A stretch of 64,000 nt of DNA from a bacterium (GCA_963627065.1 CAVGAA010000001.1:152909-216908); one strand, 5' to 3'. Positions 45,078 to 55,139 are shown, numbered from the stretch's first letter. Numbers and translations are program-made. The notes: generated by a model from the sequence alone, not told the origin.

Positions 45078-47051
45078 ATGAATCACAAACTTTACCGCTA
45101 TTTTGTGGAAAACCGCACGCATCGCACGCTCCGTCGTGATTTTCTGCCCGAACTTGCACGGGAATATTCCGCACAGAGACTTTCTCCCGAGGAACGCATG
45201 ACACGTAGGTTTGAATTGCTCTGCCGTGAGGAAACGCCCCACATCCAGTCGTTTGAAAAAATCGTCCTGATGCGGACAATCAAAGCACTACCGGACATTT
45301 TTACGGTAGACGAATGGAACAAAATCAAACAGGAGCATTACATACACGAGTCCGGTTTTGTGTCGAATCTTTCTCTCGACTACGGGCGAGTCATTTCAAC
45401 GGGACTTCTGGCAATTCGTGAAACTGCCGACACTTACGGCAAGCGTGTCATCGATGCAATCATCGGACTTTGCGATCGGTATAAAAAACTTGCAACCGAA
45501 CTCGACCGCCGTGACGTTGTTGCCGTACTTTCAAGAGTCCCACGCTACGGTGCAACGAATTTCCGAGAGGCTCTCCAATTCTTCCGCATCCTGCATTTTT
45601 CGCTTTGGCTGGAAGGGGATTATCACAACACGGTCGGAAGATTTGACCAATATATGTACCCGTATTTCAAAAAAGATTACGATGCCGGCGTGTATGACGA
45701 CAACACTGCACTCGAACTATTGGAAGACTTTTTCGTTTCTTTCAATAAAGACAGCGACCTTTATTTCGGTGTTCAGCAGGGTGACAACGGACAGAGTATG
45801 GTGCTCGGCGGACGGTTGGCGGACGGCTCTGAAGGCTTTAATAAACTTTCCGAATTGTGTCTTGCGGCAAGTCGAAATTTGAAACTGATCGATCCGAAAA
45901 TCAATCTGCGTGTAAATAAAAACACGCCGCTTGACATTTACGAAAAAGCAACGGAACTAACCAAAGTCGGACTCGGTTTTCCGCAATATTCGAATGACGA
46001 TGTTGTGATAAGAGGACTTGAAAAACTCGGTTACGAACCGCAGGATGCCGTAAATTATGTGGTCGCAGCCTGCTGGGAATTCATCATCCCGTGTGTCGGC
46101 AACGATATTGCCAATATCGGAGCGGTTAATTTCCCGAAACTCGTCAATGATGTCCTGCACCGTGATTTACCGCAAAATGTCCCGTTTGACACGATTCTGT
46201 CGGATGTGAAAAAGGCAATTCAAGACGATTGCGACCGCATCACCGATTCGGTAAAAAACATTTGGTTTGTGCCGTCGCCTTTCCTCGATCTTTTGCGTGA
46301 CGGCAAAAAATACAACAATTTCGGCTTGCACGGTTGCGGAATAGCCTCTGCCGCCGATTCTTTGGCATCTGTCAAAGAATATATTTACGATCAAAAAACG
46401 GTTACAGCGGACCGACTTCTGCACGCATTGGACACGGATTTTTCGGACGATCCGGAACTGCTCCACTTACTCCGATACGAGGCCCCGAAAATGGGAACGG
46501 ATGATGACCGTGCGGATCTGCTGGGAACTTTTATCCTCGATGCGTTTGCCGATGCACTTGAGGGGAAGAAAAATAGTCTTGGCGGTATTTGGCGTGCCGG
46601 AACGGGAACGGCGATGTATTATCTGTGGTATTCCCGTGATTTGGGGGCAACTGCGGACGGTCGTCGGGCAGGCGAACCTTTCGGAACGAACTTTTCACCC
46701 AATCTGTTCACACCCGTCCCCGGACCGCTCTCGGACATTGAATCTTTTACGAAACAGCACATTGAACGCACAATCAACGGCGGACCTCTCACTTTGGAAT
46801 TTGCCGGCGGTATTTTCGAAAAAGATGAAAACTGTCGGAAAGTCGCAATGCTTGTAAAGCATTTTATCGATCGTGGCGGTCACCAATTGCAATTGAATGC
46901 AGTCAATCTCGAAGCAATGAAAGATGCACAGATTCATCCGGAATTGCATCGGCATTTGGTGGTCAGAATCTGGGGGTGGTCGGCTTATTTCGTCGAACTT
47001 GACCGTGAATATCAGGACCACGTTATCGCTCGTCAGGAGTACAGCGTTTAA
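45078..47051 (+). CDS. pyruvate formate-lyase-like glycyl radical enzyme family protein (compact, 657 aa)
   Basis: GRFDQYMYPYF, DNGQSMVLGG, FPQYSNDD, Cys loop VAACWEF, ATADGRRAGEP, GGHQLQLNAV, and the glycyl radical motif VVRIWGWSAYF near the C-terminus. Confidence 0.8.
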   Translation: MNHKLYRYFVENRTHRTLRRDFLPELAREYSAQRLSPEERMTRRFELLCREETPHIQSFEKIVLMRTIKALPDIFTVDEWNKIKQEHYIHESGFVSNLSLDYGRVISTGLLAIRETADTYGKRVIDAIIGLCDRYKKLATELDRRDVVAVLSRVPRYGATNFREALQFFRILHFSLWLEGDYHNTVGRFDQYMYPYFKKDYDAGVYDDNTALELLEDFFVSFNKDSDLYFGVQQGDNGQSMVLGGRLADGSEGFNKLSELCLAASRNLKLIDPKINLRVNKNTPLDIYEKATELTKVGLGFPQYSNDDVVIRGLEKLGYEPQDAVNYVVAACWEFIIPCVGNDIANIGAVNFPKLVNDVLHRDLPQNVPFDTILSDVKKAIQDDCDRITDSVKNIWFVPSPFLDLLRDGKKYNNFGLHGCGIASAADSLASVKEYIYDQKTVTADRLLHALDTDFSDDPELLHLLRYEAPKMGTDDDRADLLGTFILDAFADALEGKKNSLGGIWRAGTGTAMYYLWYSRDLGATADGRRAGEPFGTNFSPNLFTPVPGPLSDIESFTKQHIERTINGGPLTLEFAGGIFEKDENCRKVAMLVKHFIDRGGHQLQLNAVNLEAMKDAQIHPELHRHLVVRIWGWSAYFVELDREYQDHVIARQEYSV

Positions 47052-47080
47052 ACTTTTGCAAAGGGTATATATAACTCATT

Positions 47081-47128
47081 TCGGACGGCAAAGTCGAAAA
47101 AACTTTTGTCGTCCGATTCATTTTTTTT
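47081..47128 (+). terminator. rho-independent terminator
   Basis: Stem tcggacggcaaag / cttttgtcgtccga (one mismatch), then TTTTTTTT. Confidence 0.75.
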
Positions 47129-47136
47129 CGTAACTA

Positions 47137-47165
47137 TTGCAATTTTCGCTTTCTTATGCTATAAT
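47137..47165 (+). promoter_or_regulatory. sigma-A type promoter (nnrD-phoH-ybeY operon)
   Basis: TTGCAA, 17 nt spacer, TATAAT with a TGC extended -10. The flank aactattgcaatttt is identical to the rpmE promoter -35 region. Confidence 0.6.
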
Positions 47166-47203
47166 ATAAATATCTGTATATATTTCGGCAGGGAGGTGCT
47201 TTC

Positions 47204-48124
47204 GTGAATCGTTCAGAACCCATTGTTGTCACGGCAGTTGACCTCGCACCGCTCCTTCCGAAACGCAATCAAAACACGCACAAAGGCGATTACGGTTATG
47301 TCGCTCTGCTCGGCGGTTGTATCGAATATTCCGGAGCGGTGAAACTTGCCAATCTTTCGCAATCCGCACTGCGTTCCGGTTGCGGTGTCGCAACGCTTGC
47401 CGTGCCGTCATCCCTTGCAAATGCGGTCGCTCCGTATCTGCTCGAAAGTACGCTTTTTCCAATGCCGGATAAAAACGGTCACATGATTTTTAGCGAAGAA
47501 AGCCTCCAAAAATTGACGGCAGGCAAACGGGCAATCGCCGTCGGTATGGGCTGGGGAAGAACCGACGATAACATCAAAATTCTCGATTGGCTTCTCAAAA
47601 ATTATTCCGGATTGCTCGTAATCGATGCAGACGGGCTTTGGGCATTGTCAAAACTCGAACCTGACAATTTAAAAAATGCAACTTGCCATGTGATTTTAAC
47701 TCCGCATCACGGCGAATTTTCCCGTTTGTGCGGAAAATCGATTGCAGAAATTGCATCGAGTCCAATCGAATCGGCGGAAAATTACGCTCAAAAAGTCGGG
47801 GCTACTGTTCTCCTGAAAGGACACACGACAACCGTCACGGACGGCGAAAAAACATACCTTGTCGAACGGGGCTGTGCCGGTATGGCGACAGCCGGAAGCG
47901 GTGATGTTCTGTCCGGCGTTCTGGCAGGGCTTCTCGGTTACCTGCCACCGGACGTTCCGACCGTTGCACTCGGTGCGTACCTTTGCGGTCTGGCGGGAGA
48001 ATTTGCATCCCGCGACGTCGGCGAAATTTCCATGCTGTCAAGCGATACGGTCAAGCATCTGCCCGAAGCCGTCCGCACCGTTCAATCGAATTTAACCAAT
48101 TTTAATCAAAGGGAACAAACTTGA
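47204..48124 (+). CDS. nnrD: ADP-dependent NAD(P)H-hydrate dehydratase (YjeF C-terminal type)
   Basis: HKGDYGYVALLGG, LTPHHGEF and GMATAGSGDVLSG motifs. GTG start 7 nt after GGGAGG. Confidence 0.85.
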   Translation: MNRSEPIVVTAVDLAPLLPKRNQNTHKGDYGYVALLGGCIEYSGAVKLANLSQSALRSGCGVATLAVPSSLANAVAPYLLESTLFPMPDKNGHMIFSEESLQKLTAGKRAIAVGMGWGRTDDNIKILDWLLKNYSGLLVIDADGLWALSKLEPDNLKNATCHVILTPHHGEFSRLCGKSIAEIASSPIESAENYAQKVGATVLLKGHTTTVTDGEKTYLVERGCAGMATAGSGDVLSGVLAGLLGYLPPDVPTVALGAYLCGLAGEFASRDVGEISMLSSDTVKHLPEAVRTVQSNLTNFNQREQT

Positions 48125-49167
48125 TGAACCGTAGAATTTTGAATATGGAAAATCCCGATGCGACTGCCAAAATCTTCGGCAGTTTCGATTGCAACGCAAC
48201 GATGATAGAAGATCAATTCGGCGTTACTGTCCGCAACAGAGCAGGGGACAGCGGTGACTCGATCGTGATCGAGGGCGACAATGCGGAATCTGTCAATTCG
48301 GCGACGCAGTGTGTCGGCTATCTGCACGAACTTTGCTCCAAGACCGATGAACTTTCCGAACAGACGGTGCAGTATGCCATTGATATGGTGCTGTCGGGAC
48401 AGGGGACGGAACTGGCGGAACTCGGCGATGCCTGCATCTGTGTAACTGCAAAAGGCAAACCGATCAAAGCAAAAACGGTCGGGCAAAAGCAATATGTCGA
48501 GAGCATTCGCCAAAATACAATTGTGTTGGGCGTCGGACCTGCAGGAACGGGCAAAACTTTTTTGGCAGTCGCCATGGCGGTACGTGCTTTGCGTGAAAAG
48601 CAGGTCAGTCGAATTATTTTGACAAGACCTGCAATAGAGGCGGGTGAAAAACTCGGCTTTCTACCGGGGGATTTGCAAAGCAAAATCGATCCTTACCTCC
48701 GACCGCTTTACGATGCACTTTACGAAATGATGGGTGTCGATGCCTATCAAAAGCAGGTCGAACGGGGTGTTATCGAAATTGCACCGCTTGCCTATATGCG
48801 AGGCAGGACACTTGACGATTCCTTTATTATTCTCGACGAGGCACAGAACGCAACGCCGGAGCAGATGAAAATGTTTTTAACCCGTTTGGGTTTCAATTCA
48901 AAAGTGGTAGTCACGGGCGACTTGACGCAAACCGACCTACCGCACGGACAAAAAAGCGGTCTTGCGACTGCGGTAAAGATACTTACCGGAATTGATGACA
49001 TCGGCATTCACTATTTTACCGAACGGGATGTTGTCAGACACCGTTTGGTGCAAAAAATTATTCAGGCGTACGAAAAATACGACAGAGAGCAGGCACGCAA
49101 AGATAAAAGTTCTGTTCGCTATCATGCAATCAAAAATGACCGTCACGGAAAGGATTCGGAATCATGA
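48124..49167 (+). CDS. phoH: PhoH-family ATPase
   Basis: Walker A GPAGTGKTFLAVA, DEAQN, GFLPGD. TTG 48121 is an alternative start. Confidence 0.9.
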   Translation: MNRRILNMENPDATAKIFGSFDCNATMIEDQFGVTVRNRAGDSGDSIVIEGDNAESVNSATQCVGYLHELCSKTDELSEQTVQYAIDMVLSGQGTELAELGDACICVTAKGKPIKAKTVGQKQYVESIRQNTIVLGVGPAGTGKTFLAVAMAVRALREKQVSRIILTRPAIEAGEKLGFLPGDLQSKIDPYLRPLYDALYEMMGVDAYQKQVERGVIEIAPLAYMRGRTLDDSFIILDEAQNATPEQMKMFLTRLGFNSKVVVTGDLTQTDLPHGQKSGLATAVKILTGIDDIGIHYFTERDVVRHRLVQKIIQAYEKYDREQARKDKSSVRYHAIKNDRHGKDSES

Positions 49168-49667
49168 AACGCAAAATGCTATGCAAAGTAGACTTTGAAA
49201 ACAAGCAGGATTTACTGCCTATAACTTACAAACTCAAAATGTTGGTACGCTCGGCGATTGAGGCAACACTCGATTACGAGCAGTACGGCAACCCCGTCGA
49301 GGTTTCGGTGACCTTTGTCGACAACGAGGGCATCCGAGAACTCAACCGCAAATTCCGCAACATCGACAAATCAACCGATGTCCTCTCGTTTCCGCTCTTT
49401 GATTATTCGGGCGAATCGGAAGAACCGCCGGTCGATGAATTTGTCGGAATGCTCGGCGACATCGTCCTCTCTCTCGAACAGGCAAAAAAACAGGCAGAGG
49501 AATTCGGACATTCTTTCGAGCGTGAATCGGCATTTCTGACCGTCCATTCCATGTTGCACCTGCTCGGCTACGATCATGAGGCAGGGGGCGAGGAGGAAGC
49601 CGATATGCGTAGACGGCAAAGCGAAATTCTCGACCGTATGGGACTTTCTGTCGGTGACGGAAAATGA
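49164..49667 (+). CDS. ybeY: rRNA maturation endoribonuclease YbeY
   Basis: Zinc motif HSMLHLLGYDH. TDVLSFP. ATGA overlap with phoH. Confidence 0.9.
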   Translation: MKRKMLCKVDFENKQDLLPITYKLKMLVRSAIEATLDYEQYGNPVEVSVTFVDNEGIRELNRKFRNIDKSTDVLSFPLFDYSGESEEPPVDEFVGMLGDIVLSLEQAKKQAEEFGHSFERESAFLTVHSMLHLLGYDHEAGGEEEADMRRRQSEILDRMGLSVGDGK

Positions 49668-50113
49668 CAAATAGAGAAAAGCCGAAAAGCGGTGAAGAAG
49701 TTGTCAAACCGGAAGGCTTTGCCGGACGGAACGCAAAAGTCATTACCTTTATCGTCTGCATGGTCATTTTCTTTGCATTTTTCGGACCAATCAGTTTCTT
49801 TCGCATCGCAGACTGTGCCGAGCAGAGGCAGGTACAATCGGCACCGGAATTGACAGAAGAAATCATTGCGGAACTTTGCCAAAGCAAAAGCGGTTTTACA
49901 ATGAAGCAACTCCGGACTTATCGGGGAACATACAACACCGGCGACAAGGGCAACACTTTCACGGCAGAATTCGGGCATTATATGCTTTTGGCTTTTGAAG
50001 ATTCCACAACGATGACATTAACCTACTGCACGGTAACGAATCTGCAGACCGAAGAGCAGTTGGACATGATGAATGAAAATGCCAATCCCACGGCATTTTT
50101 CGGCAGGAATTAA
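49664..50113 (+). CDS. hypothetical membrane-anchored protein (149 aa)
   Basis: ATGA-coupled to ybeY. One N-terminal TM helix (VITFIVCMVIFFAFFGPISFF), then about 95 aa with no recognisable motif. Confidence 0.5.
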   Translation: MTNREKPKSGEEVVKPEGFAGRNAKVITFIVCMVIFFAFFGPISFFRIADCAEQRQVQSAPELTEEIIAELCQSKSGFTMKQLRTYRGTYNTGDKGNTFTAEFGHYMLLAFEDSTTMTLTYCTVTNLQTEEQLDMMNENANPTAFFGRN

Positions 50114-50134
50114 GGATAAGGACACTTACATTTT

Positions 50135-51019
50135 ATGAAAAAAACAGGATTTTTTGCAATTGTCGGTCGGCCGAATGTCGGCAAATCGACATTGCTCAAT
50201 CATATTTTAGGCGAAAAAATCGCCATTGTTTCCTCCAAACCGCAAACCACAAGAGGACGCATTCTCGGTATTGACACAAGAGGCGAGGACCAATTTGTTT
50301 TCATCGATACCCCCGGCATTTTCAGTGCAAAAAATTCGCTCGGCGAATATATGGTCAAAGTCGCAACCGGATCGATGCAGGACGGCGATGCGGTCATTCT
50401 CGTAGCCGATGCATCCTATGCCCCCGGTGACATTGAAGAAAAAATCATCGCAAGACTGAAGCAGGCGGAAATTCCTGCGATTTTGGCTCTCAACAAGGTC
50501 GATTTGTGTCGCCGTGAACAGATTGCCGAAACCATATCGGCATACGCAAAACTGCATAATTTCAATGCGGTCGTCCCAATCTCCGCAAAAAGCGGTAAAA
50601 ATGTCGACGAATTGCTCGACGAATGTCGGAAATTCATGCACGAAGGCGAATGGATTTTCGAAGAAGATATGATTACCGACCAAACGCAACGGCAAATGGC
50701 TTCTGAAATCATCCGTGAAAAAATTTTGCGTACGATCGACCGTGAAATTCCGCACGGCATTGCGGTCGTGATCGAAGAGTATAAGGAAGAGGAAGACATT
50801 ACCCGCATTAGAGCCGAAATTTTCTGCGAAAAAGAGTCACACAAAGGCATTTTGGTTGGCAAAAACGGTGAAACGCTCAAACGCATCGGCACATACGCAC
50901 GTCAGGACTTAGAAAATCTCACCGGAACAAAAGTTTATCTCAATCTGTGGGTAAAAGTCAAAGAGAATTGGCGTGACAGTGTCAGAGGCATCAGTGATTT
51001 CGGCTACCGTCCGCAATAA
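50135..51019 (+). CDS. era: GTPase Era
   Basis: GRPNVGKSTL, DTPG and NKVD G-motifs, with a C-terminal KH domain (VLVGKNGETLKRIG). Confidence 0.95.
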   Translation: MKKTGFFAIVGRPNVGKSTLLNHILGEKIAIVSSKPQTTRGRILGIDTRGEDQFVFIDTPGIFSAKNSLGEYMVKVATGSMQDGDAVILVADASYAPGDIEEKIIARLKQAEIPAILALNKVDLCRREQIAETISAYAKLHNFNAVVPISAKSGKNVDELLDECRKFMHEGEWIFEEDMITDQTQRQMASEIIREKILRTIDREIPHGIAVVIEEYKEEEDITRIRAEIFCEKESHKGILVGKNGETLKRIGTYARQDLENLTGTKVYLNLWVKVKENWRDSVRGISDFGYRPQ

Positions 51020-51049
51020 ACGGTAAAAATTCGGAGAGGAAGTGACGGA

Positions 51050-51856
51050 ATGGCGATTCACGAATCGATTGACGGTGTCGTGGTCAAAACATGGGATTTG
51101 GGCGAGACCGATCGCTATCTGTCTGTCCTGACCGCCGAAAAAGGCAGAATTTCCATTCTTTCCAAAGGTAGCCACTCCATTCGCGGTTCGCAACTTTCGG
51201 TCAGTCAACTTTATACCTACGGCAATTTCGAGTATTATCGCAAAGGTAAGACCAATATTCTAAAAGACGGTACGGCTTACCAACCGTTTTACGGACTCAG
51301 TAAAGATCTCGACAAAATGAATCTTTCGGCATACCTGTGCGAATTGGTTTGCGAATTGACCGACGAGGGCATCGAGGCAGGGGACTTTTTGCGTCTTCTG
51401 CTCAACGCTTTTCACGCCCTTTCCTACAATCTAAAAAACGTTGAGCAGGTCAAAAGTGCATTCGAATTTCGCACGGCAATTCTTTCCGGCTACGAACCGG
51501 ACATTTCCGGTTGCTGTGCCTGCGGAGTCGCCGAATCAAACCCGTTTTATTTCGATGTCATGAACGGTGCAATTTATTGCAGTGAATGCTGGAAAAAACG
51601 CCAAACCCGTCCGCATCCGTCGGGGGCTTACGCCGATGAATTACGGGAAGCCGAAATTGTTCTCATTCTCACGCCTGCGGTCGTATCGGCTCTGCGTTAC
51701 TGTGCTGTGTCACCGCTCGAGCGGATTCTGTCATTCGAACTCAAAGATCCGGACGATATGCAACTGCTCTCCAAAACTGCCGAAACCTATATTCTGTCGC
51801 ACATCGGACACGGTTTCGATGCCCTCGACTTTTACCACACCATGCGGAGAAAATGA
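51050..51856 (+). CDS. recO: DNA repair protein RecO
   Basis: OB-fold N-terminus, zinc-binding CCACG...CSEC, correct size and position after era. Confidence 0.85.
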   Translation: MAIHESIDGVVVKTWDLGETDRYLSVLTAEKGRISILSKGSHSIRGSQLSVSQLYTYGNFEYYRKGKTNILKDGTAYQPFYGLSKDLDKMNLSAYLCELVCELTDEGIEAGDFLRLLLNAFHALSYNLKNVEQVKSAFEFRTAILSGYEPDISGCCACGVAESNPFYFDVMNGAIYCSECWKKRQTRPHPSGAYADELREAEIVLILTPAVVSALRYCAVSPLERILSFELKDPDDMQLLSKTAETYILSHIGHGFDALDFYHTMRRK

Positions 51857-51857
51857 A

Positions 51858-54245
51858 ATGAGTTTTTCCAATAAGACATTAACCACACTCGAATTCGATA
51901 AAATCTGCGATCTTTTGGCATCCTGTGCCACAACCGAAGGAGCAAAGACGCTTTGCAGGACTTTGATGCCTTCCGACGATCCCGTCATGATTGAACGGGG
52001 ACTTACAAGAACCACAGATGCCAGACGCCTCTGCGATGCCAAAGGGCAACCGCCGTTCGGCAGTATCAGGGACGTGTCCGATGCCTGCGAACGTGCCGAA
52101 AAAGGTGCAATGCTCTCCACGAGAGAACTGCTCGACGTCGCAAGACTTTTGAATTCCGCAAGGGCGTTGACCGATTATAACAAAGTCAACAGAACTTTTA
52201 CGACCTCTCTCGACGAGGTCTTTTCAAGATTGCTCTGCAATCGGACGCTTGAAGAACACATCAGCAAATCGATTTTGTCCGAAGATATGATTGCCGACGA
52301 GGCAAGCCACGAACTCGCCGAACTACGCCGTAAAATCCGTGATACCAACAACCGCATCAAAGAGACTTTGCAACACTATATCAGCGGTTCTTACTCGAAA
52401 GCCCTGCAGGAAAATCTCGTCACCACACGAAACGGTCGGTATGTCGTTCCGGTCAAAGCGGAGTGCAAAAACGAAATCAAAGGCTTGATTCACGATACAT
52501 CGTCCTCGGGTGCTACGATTTTTGTTGAACCTATGGCAGTGGTCGAAGCAAACAACGAGTTGCGGATGCTCCAATCGAAAGAAGAACACGAAATCGAACG
52601 GATTCTTTTTGCACTGTCGGCGGAAGTCAGTACGGCATCGGAATCCCTGCGACTGGACTATCTCAACATTACCGAATTGGCATTTTATTTTGCCTGCGGT
52701 GAATTTTCGTCAAGAATCGACGGTTGTGCACCGAAAATTACGGAAGACGGAATTATCGATTTACGCAGAGCAAGACATCCTTTGATTGCAAAAGACAAGG
52801 TCGTTCCGACCGATATTCGCATGGGTGACAACTGTGACACGCTCATTATCACCGGACCGAATACCGGCGGTAAAACGGTCACGCTCAAAACGGTCGGACT
52901 GTTCTCACTAATGGTTCAGGCAGGACTGCACATTCCTGTAGAACCGGATTCGTCCGTCCGCATTTTCAAAAATATTCTGGTCGACATCGGCGACGAGCAA
53001 AGCATCGAGCAATCGCTTTCGACATTTTCTTCACACATGGTCAATATCGTATCGATTATGAAGCAGGTCGACAACCGTTCACTTTGCCTTTTTGATGAAT
53101 TGGGAGCGGGTACCGATCCCGTAGAGGGAGCGGCATTGGCTGTTGCGGTTATCGAATCGGTGCGAAAAATCGGAGCAATGTGTGTGGCAACCACCCACTA
53201 TACCGAACTCAAAACCTACGCACTCAACACAAAAGGAGTTCTGAATGCATCCTGCGAATTCGATGTCGCAACGCTAAAACCGACTTATCGGTTGATCATC
53301 GGAACTCCTGGAAAATCGAATGCATTTGCAATTTCCGAAAAATTAGGTCTTCCGCACGAAATCATCGAACTGGCACAAAAGCACGTCAGTACCGATCATC
53401 GCCAATTTGAGGAGGTTATCGGCAAACTCGAACAGTCAAGGCTCGAAGCGGATAAAAATCTTGACGAAGCGAACCGCCTCAAAGCCGAATATGAGAAAAA
53501 ACGCAGAGAAACCGAAGCGGAACTCGACCGTATGCGTAAAAATGCCATGCAAGAAATCGAGCAGAAACAGAAAAAAGCCCGGCAAATGCTCGACAGTGCA
53601 AAAGCATCCAGTGATTTTATCTTTGCTCAACTCGAAAAAGCCAAAAAAGCACAGGAAAAAGACCGCTTGCGTGAGGGACTTGACGAAGCAAGGCGGGCAG
53701 TACGAGCCGAACTCAAAAAGAACGACGATAAAGTCAACCCTGTCGAAGAACGCAAAAAAGATGAAAAATATGTTCTTCCGAGACCGCTCAAAAAAGGCGA
53801 TACCGTTTACATCTGCAATGTCGGTAGCGAGGGTGTTGTCTTGGAACTGCCCGACAAAAGCGGAAATGTTTTGGTTCAGGCAGGCATACTCAAAACTCGT
53901 ACCAAACTCGAAAATCTGCAACTTATCGAGGAGAAATCACAAGTCATCCGTGACGGTAAAAAAACGCCTGCATCCGGTTATCATGTCGATGTCAACAGAG
54001 ACTTCAAAGACGAAATCGACCTACGAGGGCTTATGGGTGACGAGGCGTGGCAGGAGGTCGACAAATATCTCGACGAGGCAATTCTCGCAGGATTCGGCAA
54101 AGTCCGTCTCATTCACGGAAAAGGTACGGGGGCTCTCAAAAATGCTCTTTGGCAACGCTTGCGGAAGGACGGTCGAATCAAAGATTTTCGAATCGGTCAG
54201 TACGGCGAGGGTGACGGCGGTGTAACCGTTGTCGAACTGAAATAA
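51858..54245 (+). CDS. mutS2: endonuclease MutS2 (MutS domain plus Smr)
   Basis: Walker A GPNTGGKT, DELGAGTDP. C-terminal Smr (DLRGLMGDEA...HGKGTGALK). Start at 51858 (MSFSNKTL), not the track start 51567, which lies inside recO. Confidence 0.92.
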   Translation: MSFSNKTLTTLEFDKICDLLASCATTEGAKTLCRTLMPSDDPVMIERGLTRTTDARRLCDAKGQPPFGSIRDVSDACERAEKGAMLSTRELLDVARLLNSARALTDYNKVNRTFTTSLDEVFSRLLCNRTLEEHISKSILSEDMIADEASHELAELRRKIRDTNNRIKETLQHYISGSYSKALQENLVTTRNGRYVVPVKAECKNEIKGLIHDTSSSGATIFVEPMAVVEANNELRMLQSKEEHEIERILFALSAEVSTASESLRLDYLNITELAFYFACGEFSSRIDGCAPKITEDGIIDLRRARHPLIAKDKVVPTDIRMGDNCDTLIITGPNTGGKTVTLKTVGLFSLMVQAGLHIPVEPDSSVRIFKNILVDIGDEQSIEQSLSTFSSHMVNIVSIMKQVDNRSLCLFDELGAGTDPVEGAALAVAVIESVRKIGAMCVATTHYTELKTYALNTKGVLNASCEFDVATLKPTYRLIIGTPGKSNAFAISEKLGLPHEIIELAQKHVSTDHRQFEEVIGKLEQSRLEADKNLDEANRLKAEYEKKRRETEAELDRMRKNAMQEIEQKQKKARQMLDSAKASSDFIFAQLEKAKKAQEKDRLREGLDEARRAVRAELKKNDDKVNPVEERKKDEKYVLPRPLKKGDTVYICNVGSEGVVLELPDKSGNVLVQAGILKTRTKLENLQLIEEKSQVIRDGKKTPASGYHVDVNRDFKDEIDLRGLMGDEAWQEVDKYLDEAILAGFGKVRLIHGKGTGALKNALWQRLRKDGRIKDFRIGQYGEGDGGVTVVELK

Positions 54246-54251
54246 AGCGGT

Positions 54252-55139
54252 ATGACAAAAGAACAACTGCTCCGAGTTGCCTGCATTTCGGTTTTGATAT
54301 ACATCGTTTTCGTGTCGGTTCTGCTCTTATCGTTCGGCGAGGGCGATTCAATCGAAACTCTGCTTGCAAAGTCCGTTATACAAGCAAATCAACCGATTGA
54401 GGCATTCGGTATTTTTCACTTTGTCGCAATCGGCATTTGCGTCATTATAACAATTTTCTTCGGTATATTGGCTTGGAGAAAGCCGAATGACAATACAATC
54501 GACCGAGTTGTTTTTCTTTTCGGAGTAGCCTTTTTCCTGCTCGAATGGTACAAGCAACTGTTGTATAATTTCGTTATCGGAAACGGCGATTACGATTTTA
54601 CGGTTTTTCCGTTTCAATTCTGTTCACTGCCGATTTATATCTGCCTTTTTGCACCGCTTTGTAAAAAGAAAATCAGACTCGTTTTCTACCGTTTTCTCGC
54701 ACTTTTCGGAACGGTCGGCGGTTATCTCGTCATTGCATACCCGAATATGCCGGAATCGCTCACGATGTGCGTTTATACCATGATCTGGCATACGCTTATG
54801 ACGGCACTCGGCATTTATCTTTTGATTGCAACCGATTGCGGACGGCATTTCGCTACCGATTATTTTCCTGCGGTCGCTGTATTTTTGCTCTCACTTTTGT
54901 GTGCCACCGGTTTGAACTGTGCATTTGAAAACATCTCAAAAGGGACAATCAACCTTTTCTATATGAGTCCGTATCACCCGAACTCGAATTATTTTATCAT
55001 CCGTGACGTGCAAAAACTGTATGGTTGGGGAGCGAGTATATCGGCGTACAGTCTGTTTTTTATGCTCCTCGGAGCATTTCCGTTGTGGTGTATCGGAGCA
55101 ATTTTCTGCCGAATCCGCCGAAACCGAGTGAAAAAATAA
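54252..55139 (+). CDS. multi-pass integral membrane protein (YwaF/TIGR02206-like, tentative)
   Basis: About 7-8 hydrophobic helices. The FPFQFCSLPIY segment resembles the YwaF-type family. Family assignment is tentative. Confidence 0.55.
   Translation: MTKEQLLRVACISVLIYIVFVSVLLLSFGEGDSIETLLAKSVIQANQPIEAFGIFHFVAIGICVIITIFFGILAWRKPNDNTIDRVVFLFGVAFFLLEWYKQLLYNFVIGNGDYDFTVFPFQFCSLPIYICLFAPLCKKKIRLVFYRFLALFGTVGGYLVIAYPNMPESLTMCVYTMIWHTLMTALGIYLLIATDCGRHFATDYFPAVAVFLLSLLCATGLNCAFENISKGTINLFYMSPYHPNSNYFIIRDVQKLYGWGASISAYSLFFMLLGAFPLWCIGAIFCRIRRNRVKK

Noticed and set aside
51567-51857. Long N-terminal extensions offered by the ORF track. They affect mutS2 (from 51567), hydB (10258), hydA (12164), yigZ (17600), nadE (27404), rsuA (4756), secG (55212), the GNAT gene (55472) and yhaN (39802).
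   Set aside because: The extensions overlap the preceding gene or lack an RBS. Internal ATG/GTG codons with well-spaced Shine-Dalgarno sequences give N-termini matching the expected family starts.
53407-54225. 272-aa highly basic ORF in an alternative + frame inside mutS2.
   Set aside because: It is a by-product of the AAG/GAA-rich coiled-coil coding region. It has no independent start signals, and the mutS2 frame carries the Walker and Smr motifs.
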